The notes below the pieces were generated by a model that was given only the letters and a program-made list of their open reading frames with translations, was not told the DNA's origin and ran no database searches. Of a stretch of 64,000 nucleotides of DNA, positions 49,948 through 61,177 are shown piece after piece; position 1 is the stretch's first letter; every line of letters starts with the position of its first letter. The stretch covers positions 263,790 through 327,789 of the forward strand of contig CAVXGH010000006.1 in assembly GCA_963761255.1 (NCBI GenBank). The letters run 5' to 3'. Source of the DNA: an uncultured delta proteobacterium (GTDB lineage Bacteria; Desulfobacterota; Binatia; Binatales; Binataceae). Both the position numbers and the translations under genes were made by a program.

Positions 49948-52900
49948 TCACTTCCCGGATCCTTTCAGCGTTACCACGGTGCTGCCGGTGCTCGGGGCGA
50001 TGACCCCAATCGCCAGGGCGGCCGACGGGTTCACACCTTTGACCGCTGGGATGAAAGTAACTGATATGGCGATGGTCGCGCCCGGCGACAGATCGAAGTG
50101 ACCGGAATTAACGTTGTAGGGAGCGATGTTAACCGGCGCCCAATCGCCACTCAGGAGTCCCTTGCCGATATTCTTGATAGTCAGGCTGGTCGGGAAAGTC
50201 GTTCCGGTCGGCGCAGTGATCGTAAAAGCGCTCGGTACTGAAAGCTTTCCGGCCAGGCCGACGCCAGTCAGCGCGATGCCGATCGAAGGCCGCGTCGCAT
50301 CATTGGTGTTGATGATCGCCGCCGCAGTGTCACTGGAAGATCCGGCGCAAAGGTCATCGATTCGGTTAGTGATTGGCCCGGGGCTATGTCGAAAGAGCCC
50401 TGGCTGACCTGGAAGACCTGACTTCGGGTTGCTGGGCTGGTCATCACACCCAGGTTTCCAATCAGGTCACCCTTACCCGAATTCTTGATGCTGAAGTTCT
50501 TGCTGGTCGATTGCCCAATGGCCACCGAGCCCAGGTTCAAGCTTGCCGGAGCTACGATTTTCGCGCCACTCGGGAGCGGAGTCGGCGTGGGTGTAGCGGT
50601 CTGAGTCGCCGTGGTAGTGGCCGTCGTGGTTGCGGTCGCGGTAGGAGTTGCGGTGATGGTTGCGGTCGAAGTCGCCGTGATAGTCGGAGTTGGAGGCGCC
50701 GTCGGGGTGCTGGTAGGCGTCGCGGTGCTGGTCGCGGTCGCAGTCGCAGTCGGTGTAGGCGTGGGCGCCGCGATGAGCAGCATGGCCTGAGCTGTCACAA
50801 CTTCGGTGCTGCCCGAGAGCGTGGCAAATACCGGGTAGACGGATGACTGAGTGTGGGCGGAAGGAGCCACTCCGTCGGCGAACGCTGCCGCAAACCCCTC
50901 CTTCGCGGAACTCATGTTGAAGCGCTGAGTCAGCAGACTCGACAAGGCCAGAGTCGGCGCATTCGGCGCCTGGGCGCCATAGAAGAATACCTGCAGGTCA
51001 TGGTTGTTGTTCGGGCTTAATGACGGAGCGGAGACACTAACAGGACTAGTTCCGGACGCCGTCGCCCCCGAGGTGTTCTCGATCGGCAACGAAGTTGCTC
51101 CTCTCCATGCGCCCATCACACCAGTGGCAAAGTTGGAGGCTATCGCCCAGGTATAGGAAGCGGGTTCACTCGCACCCGCGACCTTGTAATACAGCCATGA
51201 GGTCGCCTGGTTGCTGCTACCACTGCCGACCGAATCATTGCGAATGCTGGACCAGCCGCTCGGAAAGGTCGGGATATCCGAGCCGGTACCATCGTGGATG
51301 ATGATCTGTGCGATGAGCGTATCGCCTTGCCGAACTCCCGCCGGCAGGGAGACCGGGATGGTTGTCACCGCGGTACTGGAATCGCTCAGCGGGCCCTGGC
51401 CGACGAAACTGATGGTGGTAGTAGGGGTTGCGGTAGCGGTTGGCGTAGCCACCGTGAGAAATGCCGTCTCGAAGGTATTCACATCGGGAGAGCCCCAACC
51501 GGTGGTCAAATCGTAACCCACCGCCGCACTGTATCCGGCGACTTCATTGAAGCCGTTGCTTCCGGTGGTCACGTCACGCAACCCGGATTTGGACGAATTT
51601 GCGAGTGCACCGAGCGCATAGATCCGCGCATTCATGGCTCCCAGCCGACCAGCCGAGATCTGAGCGATCAGCTTCGAGATGCCTGCCCACATCGGGGTGG
51701 CGATGCTGGTTCCCCCGATGCCGCCCATCTCGGCGGGGGATCCCGCCAGATCGTCAACCCACCAGAAACCGGGGGTCGTATTGCTGGCCGCCGCTGACAC
51801 GTCAGGGATGTCGCGCAAACCATCATTCGGGGTGCCGGCGTTTTGGTACGGGGGTTTGGCGAACAGCATGCTTTTGCCGCCGCCGGTTGCGCCTGCGCCA
51901 TTGTTCCAGGCGGCTTCCGGGACATTCCCGACATCGTTGCCCTGGGAATCATAGTTAGGGGAGAACTGGGTTCCACCGACCGCGGTAACATTGGGATTGG
52001 CGGCTAACTCGCTGACATTTTGGGTCGTAGCGGTCACGCAGGTGTTACCGTTTAAGGAGGTCAGACCAGCAGAACCCCAGTCTCCCGTCGCGGCGAAGAC
52101 CGTCTGCCCCTGCATGGCCGCTTGCGTCAGTGCGTTGCCGATGGTGGTGGTGTAAAACGACGACGTGCCGTTGCAGAAGAAATAAGTGAAGCTGATGGTG
52201 CCGCAGGCATTGTCATTGATGGATTTCACGAGCGCGTCGGTCAAAGGATCAATCACTGAGGACGCCTGGTTGCCGAGATACACGTTGATCGGAGCTCCAG
52301 GTGCGGCGACATGGGCCCACTCGATGTCAACCAGGGCCTCGGTTTCATCGCTATTCGTTACAGGACTGGTGGTATCGGCGGGTACCTTAGTCACACTGGC
52401 GGCGGGCAGCGAGAAGCTCGTGTCAAAGGTACTTACCGCGGCGGCTAGGAAGTCGGAGTCCTGGATGATTCCGATGCAGTCGCCGCCGCTCCCATCGATC
52501 GCGCCATTGACCGGAGGCGTTTCATTGTAGAACGTCCAGAGATCCTGAGGGCCGAAAAACACGGTGCTCAGCGCCGGACTGCTGCTGGCTGGCGCTGAGG
52601 TGGCTCGCGTTGATTTGGCGAAACTCGGAAGCTTCACCGTGGCAGCGAGACTGACTGGTCGCGCGGTTACCGGGGTCCAATGACGCAGGTTATCGAGCCC
52701 GTCAAGCGACCCAATGACATCGGTGAAGCGGGCGGGAATTTGCGGAGCCGACGTGTTCGAGAACCTCGCTCCGTCGGCTGATGCGGCTATGGTGGTGGCG
52801 AAAGTCTGCTCCGCTTTCGAGACGGTCGCCACCGCGCTGATCTCGCGATTCGAGGAATGAGTGACATGAAAGCCGTGGCCGGAAAGCCATTGCGATACGG

Positions 52901-53228
52901 CCTGCGTCTCGGCTTGGGTCCGGCCAAATCGCGCGTTGAACTGCGTGGGCGTCAACCAGCGATGATACATCGGAGACGCGGGATTTTGCAGATCGGCCTG
53001 GAGTTTCGCCAGGGCCTCGCGATTGCGAAGCCGAAAGGCCACATGGACTGTTAGTGAGCGTTGGCCAGATGCGCGCGACGACAGAGCCGCAGCCTCCAGC
53101 GGACGATTGTCGCCAAGCGCAACCGTCTGTGCCAGCGCCACACCCGCCGCGAAGGTACCCATCACCGCCAAAAACGAAATGGCAATTACGAGGTGCAGTG
53201 CGCCGCGGCTAACTCCAAACTTTTCCAT
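49948..53228 (-). CDS. secreted S53-family serine peptidase (sedolisin-like), multidomain: pro-domain, catalytic domain, uncharacterised ~200-aa domain, (TP)n linker, two Ig-like C-terminal domains; single-base frame change at ~50335 (C-run)
   Basis: Pro-kumamolisin domain (…YHRWLTPTQFNARFG…), Ser motif IGGTSIATPMWAG. Tail in another frame (…SDTAAAIINTNDATRPSIGIALTG…VVTLKGSGK*) is homologous to the C-terminus of the 1213-aa neighbour. Confidence 0.8.
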
Positions 53229-53335
53229 ACTTCAGCGGCCTTGTTGCTACTCGAATCGATATCTCGCCACCGCCCAGGCCGGCATTGTCCCGAATGCAAT
53301 CGGAACTCATCGCGCGGTGAAGCGCACGGTTCAAC

Positions 53336-56300
53336 TCACTTACCCACTCCCTTCAAGGTTATGACGGTGGTTTTCCCGCCGGGCGCGTTGACCCCGATCG
53401 GCAATACCACCGAGGGAGCACTGCCTTTGAGAGTCGGGGTGAAATTAATCTGGATGCTTTGGGTTGCGCCGGGTTGCAGGTCGAAGTGCCCCGAGCCGAC
53501 TTGATAGGGCGGGATAGAGACCGGCGCCCAGTCTCCACTCAGTGGTCCCTTGCCGGTGTTTTTGATCGTCAGGGTTGCGGGCAAGGTGATCCCAACCTGC
53601 GAGGTCATTGTAAAGGCCGCGGGCGCCGTCAGTTTTCCCACCAGACCAGTTCCATTGAGTACAACCCCAACTGTGGGCCGGGTTGCATCGTCACTGCTTA
53701 TGAGCGCCAGGGCTGTATCGCTCGGCATGTCAGGCGCGAAAGTCCCAGTTTCGGTAATTGAAGTGCCGGGCGGGATATTGAACGAGCTTTGGTTGACGCT
53801 GAAAACGGATGCTCGCGAGGGCGGATCGATCAATACCTGGACCGTTCCAAGCAGGTTACCCTTACCCGAATTCTTGATGGTGAACTTCCGGGCCGTAGTT
53901 TGACCGATAGCCACCGAACCGAAATTTACCATCGCGGGCACCACGATCTTGGCGCCGGTCGGAACCGGCGTTGGCGTAGGTGTAGTCGTCGGGGTTGGGG
54001 TTGTGGTGGCGGTCGTCGTCGGAGTGGCGGTGGTAGTTGGAGTGGGTGTCGCCGTCCGGGTTGCAGTAGGAGTCGGGGTCGCTGTGGTGGTTGCGGAAGC
54101 GGTCGGCGATGCAGTCGCGGTGGCCGTCGTCGTAGGAGTTGGTGTCGAGGTGGGGGTAGGGGTCACCGTGGCGAGCGCGAGTTGGAACGCTCCGCGTCCG
54201 TGGGTCCCCGCAAACGTCACCCCGACCGAGTTCTGCTCGAGGTCGTACACCGGAACGGTGGGCATTCCGGTAGTGAAAGATTGCCAGGTGGTGCCGCCGT
54301 CGGAACTATGGAAGACCCCGACGTCGGTTGCGGCGAAGACGCTGTTGCTGCAGGGGTTGCCGCCGCAGGAGCCGCTATCGTCGGTCGAATCAACGAGCAC
54401 CTTAAGGACCGGCACGTCCGGTAATCCATTAGTGTTGGCTACGATCGCTCCGCCGGAGATGCTGTTGCCATCCGCCAGCGTCCAGGTCTGTCCAAAATTA
54501 ACGGTCTTGTAGATGTGGCCGACTTGAGTATCAGAGGTAAAACCCGAAAGGCCGAGATACGCGACGTTGAGGTTATGCGGGTCCGGCGCGATGCTGGTGG
54601 CCTGGGTGGATAACGCGCCTAACGGGCTGGTCTTCTTCATCGCGGTGTCCACCCCACCGGTCACATCGACCCAAAAGGCTCCATCAGCATGATTGGCGTC
54701 CAGCTGGACGTTGGATTGCTTGGTGTTGTTAATCGCGAAGGCGACGGTCCCGTCGAGATCGCTCATCGCCAGAGACCAGGCTGGGTAGATGCTGTTCAGA
54801 ACATCGTTGGGCCCAAACTCGAGGTCTTCGATCGCGCAGCTTTGATTGGCGCACATCGCCCCTTCAAAGGTGCCGTCGGAAGTCAGGTCCTGGTCGGTCT
54901 GCTGCGCCCAGTGAGCCATCCCGTCGGTCGAAACATAAACTGAGTGCGCGGCGAACCAAACTCGATGCGCCACGTTGGGGTCGACGGCGAGGGGTGGATA
55001 GAAAACCGGGCCTTCGTCTCCAACGGAGTTGAGCAAGGTTTGCAGGTTGGTTGTCCACTGTTGTCCGAAGACCGCGCAATGGGGATTGGTCTGGTCAGGC
55101 GCGCTGCACCAGTCTTGCCCGCCATCACTGGAGGCCGAAATCTGCGCGTGATCAATCTCGTCGAGCGAGAAGTCGTGGTAGACGTAGTTGGGGTCCTGAA
55201 CGTCATAGAACTCGAAACCGCCGTCGCCGGTCTCGCTGTCAGGAGTGAACCAGTTGGCGACTGAGTTGCTGTATAACTGGGTGCCGTTGTCCTGGAATCC
55301 GGCGATCAGTTTGGTCGAGTCGGTCGGATGGGGTCCGATGCCCTGAATCTGGCCGGCGTTGATTTGCTGATTGAGCGAAACGAAGCTCGGAGCGCTTTGG
55401 GTGGGGTCGAACATGTACAGCCCACCATCGTTTGCTACCAGCACCTGGTTGTTGACAGGATCCCAGACCAACGCGTGCTGATCCGAGTGGACGCCACCAT
55501 TGGCGGCGAGAAAGGTCCACAAATGGCCGTAGCTACCCGCGGATTTGTAAAGCCCTACGCCGCCGAAAAACACGGTGGAGGGGTCAGTGGGAGAGACCAG
55601 CATCGCCTGGTCATAAAACGATTGGGAGAAGTTGTTGGGATTGGTTCCATCGATGGTGGTGCCGTTGGACGTGACGGTCGGAATTGTTGGGGCCAGCACC
55701 GTGCCAGCATTCCAGGTGGCTCCCGCATCGAAGGACGCGAACATCGCTGAGTACTCAAGTCCATCGGAGGCCCCAATCATCGCGTAAACGACTCCACCGG
55801 GCGGATTGGTCGGCCCCAGTGGAGCGCCCACTTTTGGACCCACCGCAAGGCTTTGGCGTCCTTGGATTAGTTTCGCTCCGAGGAAATTGGCCGGATGGAA
55901 AGTTCCACCTCCGTCGTTGGAGTAGTAGACGGTGTCGGAGTCAATCGCGACGTAGACGTTCAGAGGCTGTAATGGGTCGATGACGACATCATCGGCGGGA
56001 CAGGGAGCGTTAGTGTTCTGTCCGCCAATCAGGTCGCAGCCTCCGAAGGTGGATTCCGGATATTGACTCCAACTGGTGCCTCCATCAGTGGAACGCCACA
56101 GTCCGGCCTTGCTGGAATCGGACTCGAAGATTCCGGCATCCGCACGGCTGCCGCTGAATCCACTGGTGGTGCCGGCAAAAATCCGCGGCTTGCCCGGGGT
56201 GGTCTGGGTATCTATCGCCAGCGAGGTAAACGACGCGCGATCGAAGGTTCCGGTCGGTCCCACCGAGGTCCAGGTCTGACCCAGGTTGGTGGATTTGAAC

Positions 56301-56977
56301 ATCCCCGACCCGTACAAGGAGTCGATGGATCCGTTGCCTTCACCGGTGCCCACATAAATCGTGCTGGGGCTAGTCGTGGTATCGAGGGCAATTGCGCCGA
56401 CGGCCTGGGTTGGTTGGTTGTCGAATACCGAAACGAAGCTTCCACCATTGTTGGTGCTGACCCACAACCCGCCCGATGCAGCGCCTACCACGATCAGCCC
56501 AGTCGAATCGACCGCGATGGCGGTCAGACGTCCCGTCATCGCGACGTTGCTTCCGATCGCCGAGCCGGTGAAATTAGCCTTCTCCGACATCGGAAGAGGA
56601 CCCAAAGCCTTCCAAGATCCTGAAATCCCGGCAGCGGAACTCGTCGCGCCGATCGCGCTCGAAGTGGCGCCCGAAGTCGCCGGCGGCCGCGAGGGCAGCG
56701 CTTGTTTCATCGCGCGCATGTGTGACACCGCACGCGGAATTGCCTGCTTCGGAATCCCAAACTGCAGTCCGTGGCGCGAGGACTGAAAGATCTCTCGACG
56801 TACCGCCTCAGGCAGGTGGGTTCCCTCGCTATGTTCGCTAATCTCGGCGCCTTCCGCGGAGGCGGGGAAATCGCGCCCGCAGGAAGTAAGGAAAAGACCC
56901 AGCGCCAACGCCAGGAGCAGGGTCCTCGGCGCGCCGCGTAGAAATTGTCCGGAACTCATTGACTTAATCTCTGGCAA
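53336..56977 (-). CDS. large secreted lipoprotein with BNR/Asp-box β-propeller repeats, (TP)n linker and two C-terminal Ig-like domains
   Basis: Lipobox (…LFLTSCG…); ≥9 Asp-box motifs (STNNGGSF, STNLGQTW, STDGGTSW, SSDGGTTW…); 70-aa Thr/Pro/Ala linker; C-terminal domains homologous to S53 peptidase tails. Confidence 0.7.
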   Translation of the reverse strand: MPEIKSMSSGQFLRGAPRTLLLALALGLFLTSCGRDFPASAEGAEISEHSEGTHLPEAVRREIFQSSRHGLQFGIPKQAIPRAVSHMRAMKQALPSRPPATSGATSSAIGATSSAAGISGSWKALGPLPMSEKANFTGSAIGSNVAMTGRLTAIAVDSTGLIVVGAASGGLWVSTNNGGSFVSVFDNQPTQAVGAIALDTTTSPSTIYVGTGEGNGSIDSLYGSGMFKSTNLGQTWTSVGPTGTFDRASFTSLAIDTQTTPGKPRIFAGTTSGFSGSRADAGIFESDSSKAGLWRSTDGGTSWSQYPESTFGGCDLIGGQNTNAPCPADDVVIDPLQPLNVYVAIDSDTVYYSNDGGGTFHPANFLGAKLIQGRQSLAVGPKVGAPLGPTNPPGGVVYAMIGASDGLEYSAMFASFDAGATWNAGTVLAPTIPTVTSNGTTIDGTNPNNFSQSFYDQAMLVSPTDPSTVFFGGVGLYKSAGSYGHLWTFLAANGGVHSDQHALVWDPVNNQVLVANDGGLYMFDPTQSAPSFVSLNQQINAGQIQGIGPHPTDSTKLIAGFQDNGTQLYSNSVANWFTPDSETGDGGFEFYDVQDPNYVYHDFSLDEIDHAQISASSDGGQDWCSAPDQTNPHCAVFGQQWTTNLQTLLNSVGDEGPVFYPPLAVDPNVAHRVWFAAHSVYVSTDGMAHWAQQTDQDLTSDGTFEGAMCANQSCAIEDLEFGPNDVLNSIYPAWSLAMSDLDGTVAFAINNTKQSNVQLDANHADGAFWVDVTGGVDTAMKKTSPLGALSTQATSIAPDPHNLNVAYLGLSGFTSDTQVGHIYKTVNFGQTWTLADGNSISGGAIVANTNGLPDVPVLKVLVDSTDDSGSCGGNPCSNSVFAATDVGVFHSSDGGTTWQSFTTGMPTVPVYDLEQNSVGVTFAGTHGRGAFQLALATVTPTPTSTPTPTTTATATASPTASATTTATPTPTATRTATPTPTTTATPTTTATTTPTPTTTPTPTPVPTGAKIVVPAMVNFGSVAIGQTTARKFTIKNSGKGNLLGTVQVLIDPPSRASVFSVNQSSFNIPPGTSITETGTFAPDMPSDTALALISSDDATRPTVGVVLNGTGLVGKLTAPAAFTMTSQVGITLPATLTIKNTGKGPLSGDWAPVSIPPYQVGSGHFDLQPGATQSIQINFTPTLKGSAPSVVLPIGVNAPGGKTTVITLKGVGK

Positions 56978-57492
56978 GGCGCTGCCGCTTCAACTTGATG
57001 GTTCGCAAAACCGGAATTGACAATTGTTGACGAACGAATTCCACGCCCCCTATGGTTGCCGATTCTCACTTCAAACGGCCTTTGCCGACCGAACGAAAAA
57101 TCGCAACCAACGAGCTAGACGGCGCGAAAATCGTTGCGCCACCGAGGTTGTGAAAAGAGCGCTCCCCTTTTGAGTCACTTACGCTTCTTTGAACCTAAAA
57201 TTTTATCAGAATGGTCATCAACAGTGCAATCAATTTTTCCGAAGGCGCAAAAAAACGCGATTGGGAGAGCGCGGTTTAGATTCGAACTCGCAGCGAACGA
57301 TGAGGAATCGCATCGATACATTGCGCATCTGAGAGCGTCGTCTCGAAGTTAAACCGATTCTGTTCAATTCTGGCGTAATCGCCGCGCCTGAGCATGCGAG
57401 AAGGCTTCGATGCTTGATCACGAGTGCAAAGATAGGCTTTGAATGTAGCCTCGCAAAAGTGAATTTTGAGTAAGCGAAGGGAAGGAAAGACG

Positions 57493-59820
57493 ATGGAGAA
57501 GAAGCGGCTTCGATTCTCCGATTGGCTATATTCTCCTTCCTTCGTTCCAATCGCGTTAGCGGCGATGGTCGTTGCGATGTTCGCGAGCATCGTTCTCACG
57601 GGCGGCGACCAAGTTCTTTCGCATTCGGGCACTGACCTTTCCGCCGAGTTCGTTTACTGGCGCCAATTCGGCTTTGATCAATTGAGGGCGGGCCACCTCG
57701 CATTATGGAATCCACATGTCTTCAGTGGGGTTCCGTTTATGGGCGGATTTCAAGCGGCCCTGTTCTATCCGCCCGACTGGATTTACCTGATTCTTCCGCT
57801 TCGTACTGCCATCAACTGCGAAATCGTACTGCATGTCTTTCTGATCGGCCTGTTCACCTGGGCATGGCTTCGTCGTTACGATCTGCATCCGTTGGCCCTG
57901 CTTCTTGGTTGCACGGTGACCATGTTCGGGGGGCCGTTCTTCCTTCATATCTATCCAGGGCACCTCGCGACTCTGGACTCGATGGCGTGGATCCCGCTGA
58001 TCCTGCTTACCGTCGATGAACTGGTCGAGAGGCCGAACGCCAAATGGGTATTGGTCGGGATTTTTGCATTCTCGATGCAGTTTCTGGCCGGCCATCCGCA
58101 AACGCTCTTCAACACGATGGTGACGTGTTTGATTTATGGGTCCCTGCGCATGGTCAAGGCTTCATACCGGAAGCAAACGATCATCGCGCTCGCGGTCATC
58201 GGAGTCGGTGCGATCGCGATCACGGCGGTTCAGCTTTGGTCGGGACTGAATGCGTCCGGTGAGGGAACGAGGCAAGGGGGAGTGCCCTTCACCTTCGCGG
58301 CGATGTTTTCCTTTCCGCCGGAAAATCTGCTCACCGTGTTGGTTCCGGGTTTGTTCGGTGACATGACGGGCTTTACTTATTGGGGCCGTTGTTACTTGTG
58401 GGAAATGTCCGCGTTCTTCGGACTCACCGGTCTGGTGATGGCGATCTATGGAAGCATGGTGAGCTTTCGCGGACGCAAACTCTGTCTTTTGATGATAGGC
58501 GTCCCGATCGTTCTCGCACTGGGAAATCACACGCCATTGTTCGCATTGCTGTATCGCTTCGCTCCCGGCTTCGACCATTTTCGTTCGCATTCGAAATTTC
58601 TGGTTCAGGCAACTCCATTCCTGGCGATTTTGACCGGGCACGGGATGAATCGGGTCTTGCAGTCGTCGCGTGGCACGAAAACCGGCGCGCTAGCGGTCCT
58701 GTCAGTCAGCCTGGTTTTGGCGATCGCCGGATTCGCTCTGTGGCATTCGGGTTTTCCGGCGATCAAGGATGCATGGGAGCACGCGATGGATGCGGTCGCT
58801 GCTACCGGCGAGTCGTATCTTCCGTCGCGTAATTACGCGGCTCCTGATTTTGTTGCGAACGCCGCATCTTTCGCCGGATATCAATGCCTCACCGCAGCCG
58901 GCGTTCTTCTCGCGATAGCTCTGCTGCTCTACCTTCGATCATTTAGCCGAGTTGCGGCGATTGCTTTAGCCATTGTGGGAATAGGAGAAATGTTTTGGTT
59001 TGCGAACTCTTCGCTGGCGACGTTTTCCCTGGCGGAGACAGTTCCTACTTCAGTGCGCGACTTTCTAAGCGCGCATCCAGGCGACTATCGAATCCTGGAG
59101 CTGCCGGATCCCAACGGTGCGATCGCGATTGGTGCGGAAGATATCTGGGGCTACGACCCCATGGTGCTGGGACGTTACTCTCAATTCGTCACTTATTCTC
59201 AAGGTGGCGATCCCGCAGATGCCGACATGTACGTGAACTTTTCGAGGATAACGCGCATGCTTGGGCTGTTGCGATTGAAATACGTCTTCCGCAACCAGGT
59301 CATGGTTTCTGAAACGGAAAGATCGCTTCCGCACTTTCTTCTACTCGGCGGATGGGAACGGGAAACTGATCGAAACAATATCCTTAGCTCGCTCGAATCT
59401 TCAGTCTTTGATCCGGAAAGGACTGCCATCCTCGAAGCCGATCCTGAGCCGGCTCCGGTCTCTGGTGAGACATCTCCGGGAACGGTGCAACTCGTTGACA
59501 GCACTACAGACTCGATGACTATATCGGCGCATCTCACGCGACCCAGCCTGCTACTCATTACCGACTGCTACAGTCGCTACTGGCGCGCGGTGGCCGAGCC
59601 GGGCAGCGTTCAGAAAAGCTACCAGGTAGTTCCGGCCGATTATACTTTGCTGGCGGTGCCGCTTTCCGCGGGCGAGCATCGTATGCGCATCGAATATGCT
59701 CCTCCCGGATACACGATAGGGCGATGGATTTCACTGGTAGGCCTGCTTCTATACATATTGGCGGGTGTGTTTTTCTTGCGACGCTCGAAGTTAAATGCCG
59801 CCGCCAGACCAAATGAATAG
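57493..59820 (+). CDS. YfhO-family GT-C-type membrane glycosyltransferase-like protein
   Basis: Multi-TM N-terminal ~500 aa with YfhO-like …WNPHVFSGVPFMGGFQAALFYPPDW…; C-terminal extracytoplasmic β-rich domain. Confidence 0.6.
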   Translation: MEKKRLRFSDWLYSPSFVPIALAAMVVAMFASIVLTGGDQVLSHSGTDLSAEFVYWRQFGFDQLRAGHLALWNPHVFSGVPFMGGFQAALFYPPDWIYLILPLRTAINCEIVLHVFLIGLFTWAWLRRYDLHPLALLLGCTVTMFGGPFFLHIYPGHLATLDSMAWIPLILLTVDELVERPNAKWVLVGIFAFSMQFLAGHPQTLFNTMVTCLIYGSLRMVKASYRKQTIIALAVIGVGAIAITAVQLWSGLNASGEGTRQGGVPFTFAAMFSFPPENLLTVLVPGLFGDMTGFTYWGRCYLWEMSAFFGLTGLVMAIYGSMVSFRGRKLCLLMIGVPIVLALGNHTPLFALLYRFAPGFDHFRSHSKFLVQATPFLAILTGHGMNRVLQSSRGTKTGALAVLSVSLVLAIAGFALWHSGFPAIKDAWEHAMDAVAATGESYLPSRNYAAPDFVANAASFAGYQCLTAAGVLLAIALLLYLRSFSRVAAIALAIVGIGEMFWFANSSLATFSLAETVPTSVRDFLSAHPGDYRILELPDPNGAIAIGAEDIWGYDPMVLGRYSQFVTYSQGGDPADADMYVNFSRITRMLGLLRLKYVFRNQVMVSETERSLPHFLLLGGWERETDRNNILSSLESSVFDPERTAILEADPEPAPVSGETSPGTVQLVDSTTDSMTISAHLTRPSLLLITDCYSRYWRAVAEPGSVQKSYQVVPADYTLLAVPLSAGEHRMRIEYAPPGYTIGRWISLVGLLLYILAGVFFLRRSKLNAAARPNE

Positions 59821-61177
59821 CGGAAACGCCTCATCATCGAGGTTATGGCCGACCTCGCTTAAACAGCTATCGAATTACGCCATACCTGCATTCTTCGTGG
59901 TTCTTCTCGTGGGATTTTGGGGCGTTACCCGGATCGAATGGGTTCCGGGTACGGGATTCGAAGTTGTTTCACCGCGGGTGATTTCCGGCGATGAGCCCCA
60001 TCACCTGCTGGTGCTCAACAGCATCCTTTTCGATCACGACCTGCAGATTCAAGACGACTACATACGCGCGCAAACCGGACTGGACGCGGGAGGCGTACCG
60101 CTGCCGGATCATCACACCATCATCGTAAATCGGCGAACGGGTCAGCACGGTACCTGGTTTGAGCATCACGGCGAGGATGGTTTGACGCCTGGTCCCGATG
60201 TGTATGAGGTGTCCTCACATCCACTGGCGTATCCGGTATTTCTCGCCGCCCTCATTGCGCCCTTTCGGCCGAAGATGGATGACGTTCAACGCGATGCGAG
60301 CCTGGTGATGGTGTTGGTGTCGTGGCTTGGCGCGATTTTCACGTTTCTGCTTGCTCGAAGAGTCGGATTGGGAGCTGGTTACGCACTGCTCGCGACCGCC
60401 CTCCTCGCGCTGGCTAGCCCATGGCTCGCATACAACCGATCATTTTTTGTCGAACCGGTCATCGGCCTGACAGCGGTGATTTCATTGTACGCACTGGAGG
60501 GGGAGCGCCCGATCCTCGCAGGTGCGGCCGCCGCGGCCGCGGCGATTTTCAAGCCGCCGTTGGCGGTGATCGGCGCCGGCTTCGCGATCGATCGCATGCA
60601 GCGAAAGCGTTGGCACGATGTGATCGTGTTGCTCGCGGTGCTGGGTGTCTCTGGCTTTGTTCTGGTGTGTTTCAATTATTGGCTGGCACGCACGCTGGTC
60701 ATCTCCGGTAACGTCAGCGGTCCGTGGCCGTTTGGTTCGAACACCGCGCATGACTTCCGTCGTCTCGGAGACACTTTTATCGGAAGCGATCACGGGCTGT
60801 TCATCTTCGCGCCGTGGACGATTTTTGCGATCTTTCCGATCGGCAAGGCGTTCTGCTCCTTGGATGCCAGCCCGCGGTTCCTTCGCGAGATGTCGCTGCC
60901 GCTGGCGATGCAGCTGGTGCTCCTGACGGCTTCCAATTTTGACGTCGGCGCCTGCTACGGGCCGCGTTACTGGATCCCGTTTTTACCGTGGATGGCGGTC
61001 GCCGCAGCTTACACCGTAAAGTCCGCGGGCTGGACCTGGAAAAGCATCTTCGTCGCGCTTGCGGCGGTTAGTCTCGCGATCTCGATCGCCGGCGCCCTCC
61101 GATATCCGCAAATGTTTTCGCTCTCGCCATGGTTCCTCTGGCATACCGAGGCGACCAGCGCGAATCTGCTCTTCTGA
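59795..61177 (+). CDS. GT-C-fold membrane glycosyltransferase-like protein (PMT/ArnT-like), shorter paralogue of 40343..42433
   Basis: …RIEWVPGTGFEVVSPRVISGDEPHHLLVLNSILFDHD… and conserved TM core …CYGPRYWIPFLPW…. Confidence 0.55.
   Translation: MPPPDQMNSGNASSSRLWPTSLKQLSNYAIPAFFVVLLVGFWGVTRIEWVPGTGFEVVSPRVISGDEPHHLLVLNSILFDHDLQIQDDYIRAQTGLDAGGVPLPDHHTIIVNRRTGQHGTWFEHHGEDGLTPGPDVYEVSSHPLAYPVFLAALIAPFRPKMDDVQRDASLVMVLVSWLGAIFTFLLARRVGLGAGYALLATALLALASPWLAYNRSFFVEPVIGLTAVISLYALEGERPILAGAAAAAAAIFKPPLAVIGAGFAIDRMQRKRWHDVIVLLAVLGVSGFVLVCFNYWLARTLVISGNVSGPWPFGSNTAHDFRRLGDTFIGSDHGLFIFAPWTIFAIFPIGKAFCSLDASPRFLREMSLPLAMQLVLLTASNFDVGACYGPRYWIPFLPWMAVAAAYTVKSAGWTWKSIFVALAAVSLAISIAGALRYPQMFSLSPWFLWHTEATSANLLF

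Noticed and set aside
57255-57300. tRNA-like T-arm motif (…GGTTTAGATTCGAACTCGC…)
   Set aside because: There is no acceptor stem, anticodon arm or CCA context, and the GGTTCGAATCC consensus is not intact.
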